This document shows, one piece after another, positions 27,251 through 30,753 of a stretch of 30,753 bases of DNA. Under the pieces are notes generated by a model that ran no database searches, was not told the origin of the DNA, and worked only from the letters and a program-made list of their open reading frames with translations. The first letter of the stretch is position 1, and every line of letters begins with the position of its first letter. The position numbers and the translations under genes were made by a program. The stretch is from Promethearchaeota archaeon (GTDB lineage Archaea; Asgardarchaeota; Thorarchaeia; Thorarchaeales; Thorarchaeaceae), in assembly GCA_014728035.1 (NCBI GenBank), contig WJMJ01000068.1, forward strand, positions 1-30,753. Reading direction: 5' to 3'.

Positions 27251-29722
27251 ATGAAACATAAATTTCTACTAGTCTGTACTCTTGGAATATTGCTGTTTAT
27301 CACACCTCTTTCTTTCTTCGGTAGTCAAGCAATATCGCCAATAACAACGACACAACAAGAATCTACGAGCTATAGTCTATCCTATACATCGCATGATCCT
27401 ATCGTGATTACTTGTGAGCAGGATTTCATTGATTTGGGATTTTCAGGTGCAGGTATTAATGGAGACCCATACATAATTCAAAATCTAGAAATTACTAATG
27501 ATTCAATCTGTATCAACATAACCGATACCAGAGTATACTTTGAGATTCTAGATTGCGTCATTTCAGCACCTTCCTCTTCATCCGCTCATGGTATATTTTT
27601 GGATAATGTCACACACGCTACGATTGAAAATTGTGTAGTGACTTCACATGAAAATGGTATTCATATCACAGAAGCTGAAGGAACTATTCTGAATAACAAT
27701 ACATGTTCTCAAAATGGAAATAATGGAATCCATATCTACAGTTCTGATAATTCAATAGTTACAAATAACACCGCATATCAGAATGGTGTTGATGGTATTT
27801 ATGGCCAATATTCCGGATTTACTCAATATGTAAATAATACTGCAGAAGATAGTACAAAAAACGGTTTTACCATTAGATCTGGTTATGGGTCTGAAATAAT
27901 CAATAATACAGTTGTTGATAATTCCGATATTGGAATTGAGTGCAAGCAGTCTGATTACTGTGTTATTGAAAATAATACCGTTTTGAATAATAAATACGGA
28001 ATTGATTTTCACGGTAATGATTACTGTGAGATAAAAGGCAATACATTAAGTGGCCAATCAGTCAGAGCGTTTCATATCGAGATGATCAGTAATTCACTTT
28101 TCAGTAACAATACAGTACTACATTCAGGAGACCATGGTATTAACCTATGGTACTCAGTTGATGTTGTGTTCATGAATAATCTATTCCGATGGAATGGTGA
28201 CCACGGAATCTTCATCAATAATTCAACCAATGTTGTGGTTAATACGACTATATCTGAATTCAATTATGATGGAATATACATCGACGATAATTCATATTTC
28301 ACATTGGTCTATCTGAATGATTTTGGATTCAACACAAGATACAATGGATATGACGATGGTGTAGATAGCTCATTCCATAATGGAAGTCATGGCAATAGAT
28401 GGAGCGATTACTCAGGTGGAGGAACCTATACCGTCAACGGAACTGCTGATAGTGTTGATCTCTATCCCTCATCTTACGTTGAGAGCACGCCAACAGTCGA
28501 TTCTCCTGCAGATTTTAGTTATGAATTTGATACTACTGACCATTCCATCGTTTGGAATCCTGCTGACGACTACCCTGACTCATACAAAATATACAGAAAT
28601 GGAAGTGAAGTTGTTTCATCAGATTGGTATGGTGATGCTATATCTTATGATGTAGATGGATTGAGTGCCTCAGTTTATAATTTTACAATTAAGGTCTTAA
28701 ATGTCTTCAACAATTATGTAACAGACACCGTAATAGTAACTGTAACTGATTCTACAGATCCAGTAATTGATTCACCAGAAGATATCGTCTATGAATCTGG
28801 TTCGACAGGAAATTCGGTGACATGGTACGTTAGAGATGGCAATCATGACGCATATGTTGCTTACCATAATGGTACCGTATTTGAATCGGGCGACTGGAAT
28901 GGCTTAGACATCACATTAGATGTAGATGGATTTGACCTAGGTGTTCATAATTTGACTCTGTTTGTGAATGACACTGTTGGAAATAGTGTTGTTGATACTG
29001 TATTTGTCACAGTTGAAGATACAACTGCACCAGTACTTGATAGTCCCGTTGATTATCAGTATAATGAAGGAACCACTGGACACAATATTACTTGGTCTGC
29101 CAATGAAACCAACCCCGAAGAATATATCGTGTATCGCAATGGAAGTGTATTGACTAGTCCTAGTTGGGATGGTTCGGATATCGTTGTCCACATCGACGGC
29201 TTGAGCTATGGAGTATACAACTATACTATCAAGGCCATCGATACTTCCGGTAACAGTGCTACAGATACTGTATTCATTACTGTCAACGATGTCACTGATC
29301 CAACTGTCAATTCGCCAAGCGATATCACATACGCTGAGGGAGAAACTGGAAACACCATAGTCTGGAGTCCGAACGAACTTCACAAAGACACCTATCAAAT
29401 CCTCCAAAATGGAACTGAGGTGTCCAGTGACACGTGGGACTCTGTGAACATTGTCTATGATATAGATGGTCTCTCTAAAGGCGTCTATAATTTCACTCTG
29501 GTTGTATTTGATGATAGTGGTAATTCAGCATCAGATAGTGTCATTGTTGTTGTGACTGAGACTACAGCATCTACCAGTACTACTTCAACTACCACTACCA
29601 CTACCACTACGACTAGTGTTCCTCCACCAGGTGTCAATCCATTAACGATTGTTGGAGCTGGTGCGGCGGTTGGTATAGTTGCACTTGTTGCAATAATTTT
29701 CTTGTTAAACAAAAAGAAGTGA
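27251..29722 (+). CDS. Cell-surface protein: right-handed parallel beta-helix (NosD/pectin-lyase-like), 4 Ig-like modules, Thr linker, C-terminal TM
   Basis: Repeats 'NNTxxxNxxxGIxl'; 'GAGINGDPYIIQNL'; 'GNRWSDY'; four ~90-aa modules at 28490-29560; tail TTTSVPPPG-TM-KKK. The start is 27251 or 27239. Confidence 0.88.
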   Translation: MKHKFLLVCTLGILLFITPLSFFGSQAISPITTTQQESTSYSLSYTSHDPIVITCEQDFIDLGFSGAGINGDPYIIQNLEITNDSICINITDTRVYFEILDCVISAPSSSSAHGIFLDNVTHATIENCVVTSHENGIHITEAEGTILNNNTCSQNGNNGIHIYSSDNSIVTNNTAYQNGVDGIYGQYSGFTQYVNNTAEDSTKNGFTIRSGYGSEIINNTVVDNSDIGIECKQSDYCVIENNTVLNNKYGIDFHGNDYCEIKGNTLSGQSVRAFHIEMISNSLFSNNTVLHSGDHGINLWYSVDVVFMNNLFRWNGDHGIFINNSTNVVVNTTISEFNYDGIYIDDNSYFTLVYLNDFGFNTRYNGYDDGVDSSFHNGSHGNRWSDYSGGGTYTVNGTADSVDLYPSSYVESTPTVDSPADFSYEFDTTDHSIVWNPADDYPDSYKIYRNGSEVVSSDWYGDAISYDVDGLSASVYNFTIKVLNVFNNYVTDTVIVTVTDSTDPVIDSPEDIVYESGSTGNSVTWYVRDGNHDAYVAYHNGTVFESGDWNGLDITLDVDGFDLGVHNLTLFVNDTVGNSVVDTVFVTVEDTTAPVLDSPVDYQYNEGTTGHNITWSANETNPEEYIVYRNGSVLTSPSWDGSDIVVHIDGLSYGVYNYTIKAIDTSGNSATDTVFITVNDVTDPTVNSPSDITYAEGETGNTIVWSPNELHKDTYQILQNGTEVSSDTWDSVNIVYDIDGLSKGVYNFTLVVFDDSGNSASDSVIVVVTETTASTSTTSTTTTTTTTTSVPPPGVNPLTIVGAGAAVGIVALVAIIFLLNKKK

Positions 29723-29734
29723 AAAGTGTAATCC

Positions 29735-29770
29735 GGTCATCTCATTTTGGGATGACCTTTTTTCTTTTTT
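29735..29770 (+). terminator. Hairpin + U-tract terminator
   Basis: GGTCATCTCA-ttt-TGGGATGACC (10-bp stem with one G-U pair) then TTTTTTCTTTTTT. Confidence 0.75.
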
Positions 29771-29890
29771 ATAATTCAACATTATGTTTACCTTTCTTGG
29801 ATTTTCATATTCTATGTATTCACGTTTAGGTAATAATTTACTTCTAATTATTGATCATAAGTGTGAAATTAGAAATCCAGAAATAATAAG

Positions 29891-29924
29891 AAAAAAGTAG
29901 AATAGAGAGCCAATTACGGCTCTC
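29891..29924 (-). terminator. Hairpin + U-tract terminator
   Basis: GAGAGCC-aattac-GGCTCTC (29905-24), with an A-tract at 29891-96, after the 29931 stop. Confidence 0.65.
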
Positions 29925-29930
29925 ATAGTG

Positions 29931-30753
29931 TCATTTCCTTTTTTGCACAACTACCAGAATTATGATTAAAATAATTCCACCTAAAGCTATCAAGATTATG
30001 AATGACTGATCTATGATGCCATCTGGTGGGGGTGCTGATGTTGTGGTCGTTGTATCAGTCGTGGTAGTTGTTGTGGTTGTAGTTTCTGTTGTTGTAGTAG
30101 TTGACTCTGATGTCACCGTTAGATATACTGTGGATGTATCACTGTTGCCAGAAGAATCGAACACTACTATTGTCAGATTATAAATTCCTTCTGACAAACC
30201 TCCAACATCAATCTCGATATCAGTTCCTGTCCAGCTATCACTACCTTGACCTGTGCCATTAATGAATAATTCATATTCGTCAGGAAATAGCTCGTCTACA
30301 CTCCATGAGATAAGGTGTTCAGTAACACCCTCCTGGTATTCTAGATTTTCAGGAGTTCCGTTGATAATTGGACTCGTTGTGTCTACTACTGTGAATTCAA
30401 CTACATCATTTGTGGTGTATCCTGCTGAATCCCATACGGTACAATTAACCAAGTAGGTATCAGGTGGATAAGGCATTGGTCCGCTAGTAATGAAGGTAAT
30501 CGACCCTCCACTCCATGGTCCCTTGGTAATCTCTACTCCATCTCGATAAATTGCGTATTCATAGGGGTTGATACTCTCAGGATTCCAGACAATATCTGGC
30601 CCATCGGTACCCGCCTCCATTTCCAGATCTGCTGGATGGTCAATGGTTGGTTTCAATAGATATGCTATCTCATTCATCCAAATCTCAAATCCATCATCGT
30701 AAGTCGAATTGTCTGTATCTGAGAGATATTGTGTGATTGAGAATGAATTAGCT
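29931..30753 (-). CDS. Partial (5' end outside window) cell-surface protein with 2 Ig-like modules, Thr linker and C-terminal TM
   Basis: The frame stays open upstream of ATG 30677 to the window edge (ANSFSITQYLSDTDNSTYDDGFEIW). It has the same modules and tail as 27251 and 21201. Confidence 0.85.
   Translation of the reverse strand, partial: ANSFSITQYLSDTDNSTYDDGFEIWMNEIAYLLKPTIDHPADLEMEAGTDGPDIVWNPESINPYEYAIYRDGVEITKGPWSGGSITFITSGPMPYPPDTYLVNCTVWDSAGYTTNDVVEFTVVDTTSPIINGTPENLEYQEGVTEHLISWSVDELFPDEYELFINGTGQGSDSWTGTDIEIDVGGLSEGIYNLTIVVFDSSGNSDTSTVYLTVTSESTTTTTETTTTTTTTTDTTTTTSAPPPDGIIDQSFIILIALGGIILIIILVVVQKRK

Noticed and set aside
29561-29620. ACT/ACC triplet runs here and at ~21300-21350 and ~30040-30100 as possible microsatellite or CRISPR-like repeats
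   Set aside because: They encode Thr-rich linkers with mixed codons; there is no repeat-spacer structure and no cas gene.

Overview
AT-rich archaeal chromosomal window. It most likely comes from an Asgard archaeon (Thorarchaeia-like, by inference): it has an actin-family gene, a stand-alone longin-like domain, a 24-residue LRR protein, cofE, GGAGG/GGTGA Shine-Dalgarno sites and frequent TTG/GTG starts. About 29 protein genes are visible. They include an ECF S-component-cofE-membrane protein cluster, several regulators, a NikR-controlled nikMNQO ECF nickel importer, a CPBP intramembrane protease, a truncated DNA ligase, an acylphosphatase and five exported or surface proteins. No rRNA, tRNA, CRISPR array or transposase was recognised. 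Things the ORF track does not explain: (1) four surface proteins share a Thr/Pro linker-TM-basic C-terminal tail (CTERM-like), three of them share a ~90-aa Ig-like module, and a CPBP protease nearby is a candidate sorting enzyme; (2) two paralogue pairs of unknown function, one member probably starting at a non-canonical AUA that adds a membrane anchor; (3) a hidden 30-codon CxxC ORF duplicating the N-terminus of the downstream DUF2225 gene; (4) a dispersed 47-bp intergenic repeat with a possible 13-bp terminal inverted repeat; (5) a GTGTTAC-N13-GTGTTAC candidate NikR operator; (6) hairpin+U-tract terminators after every exported-protein gene. All family calls come from motif recognition by eye, with no database searches.
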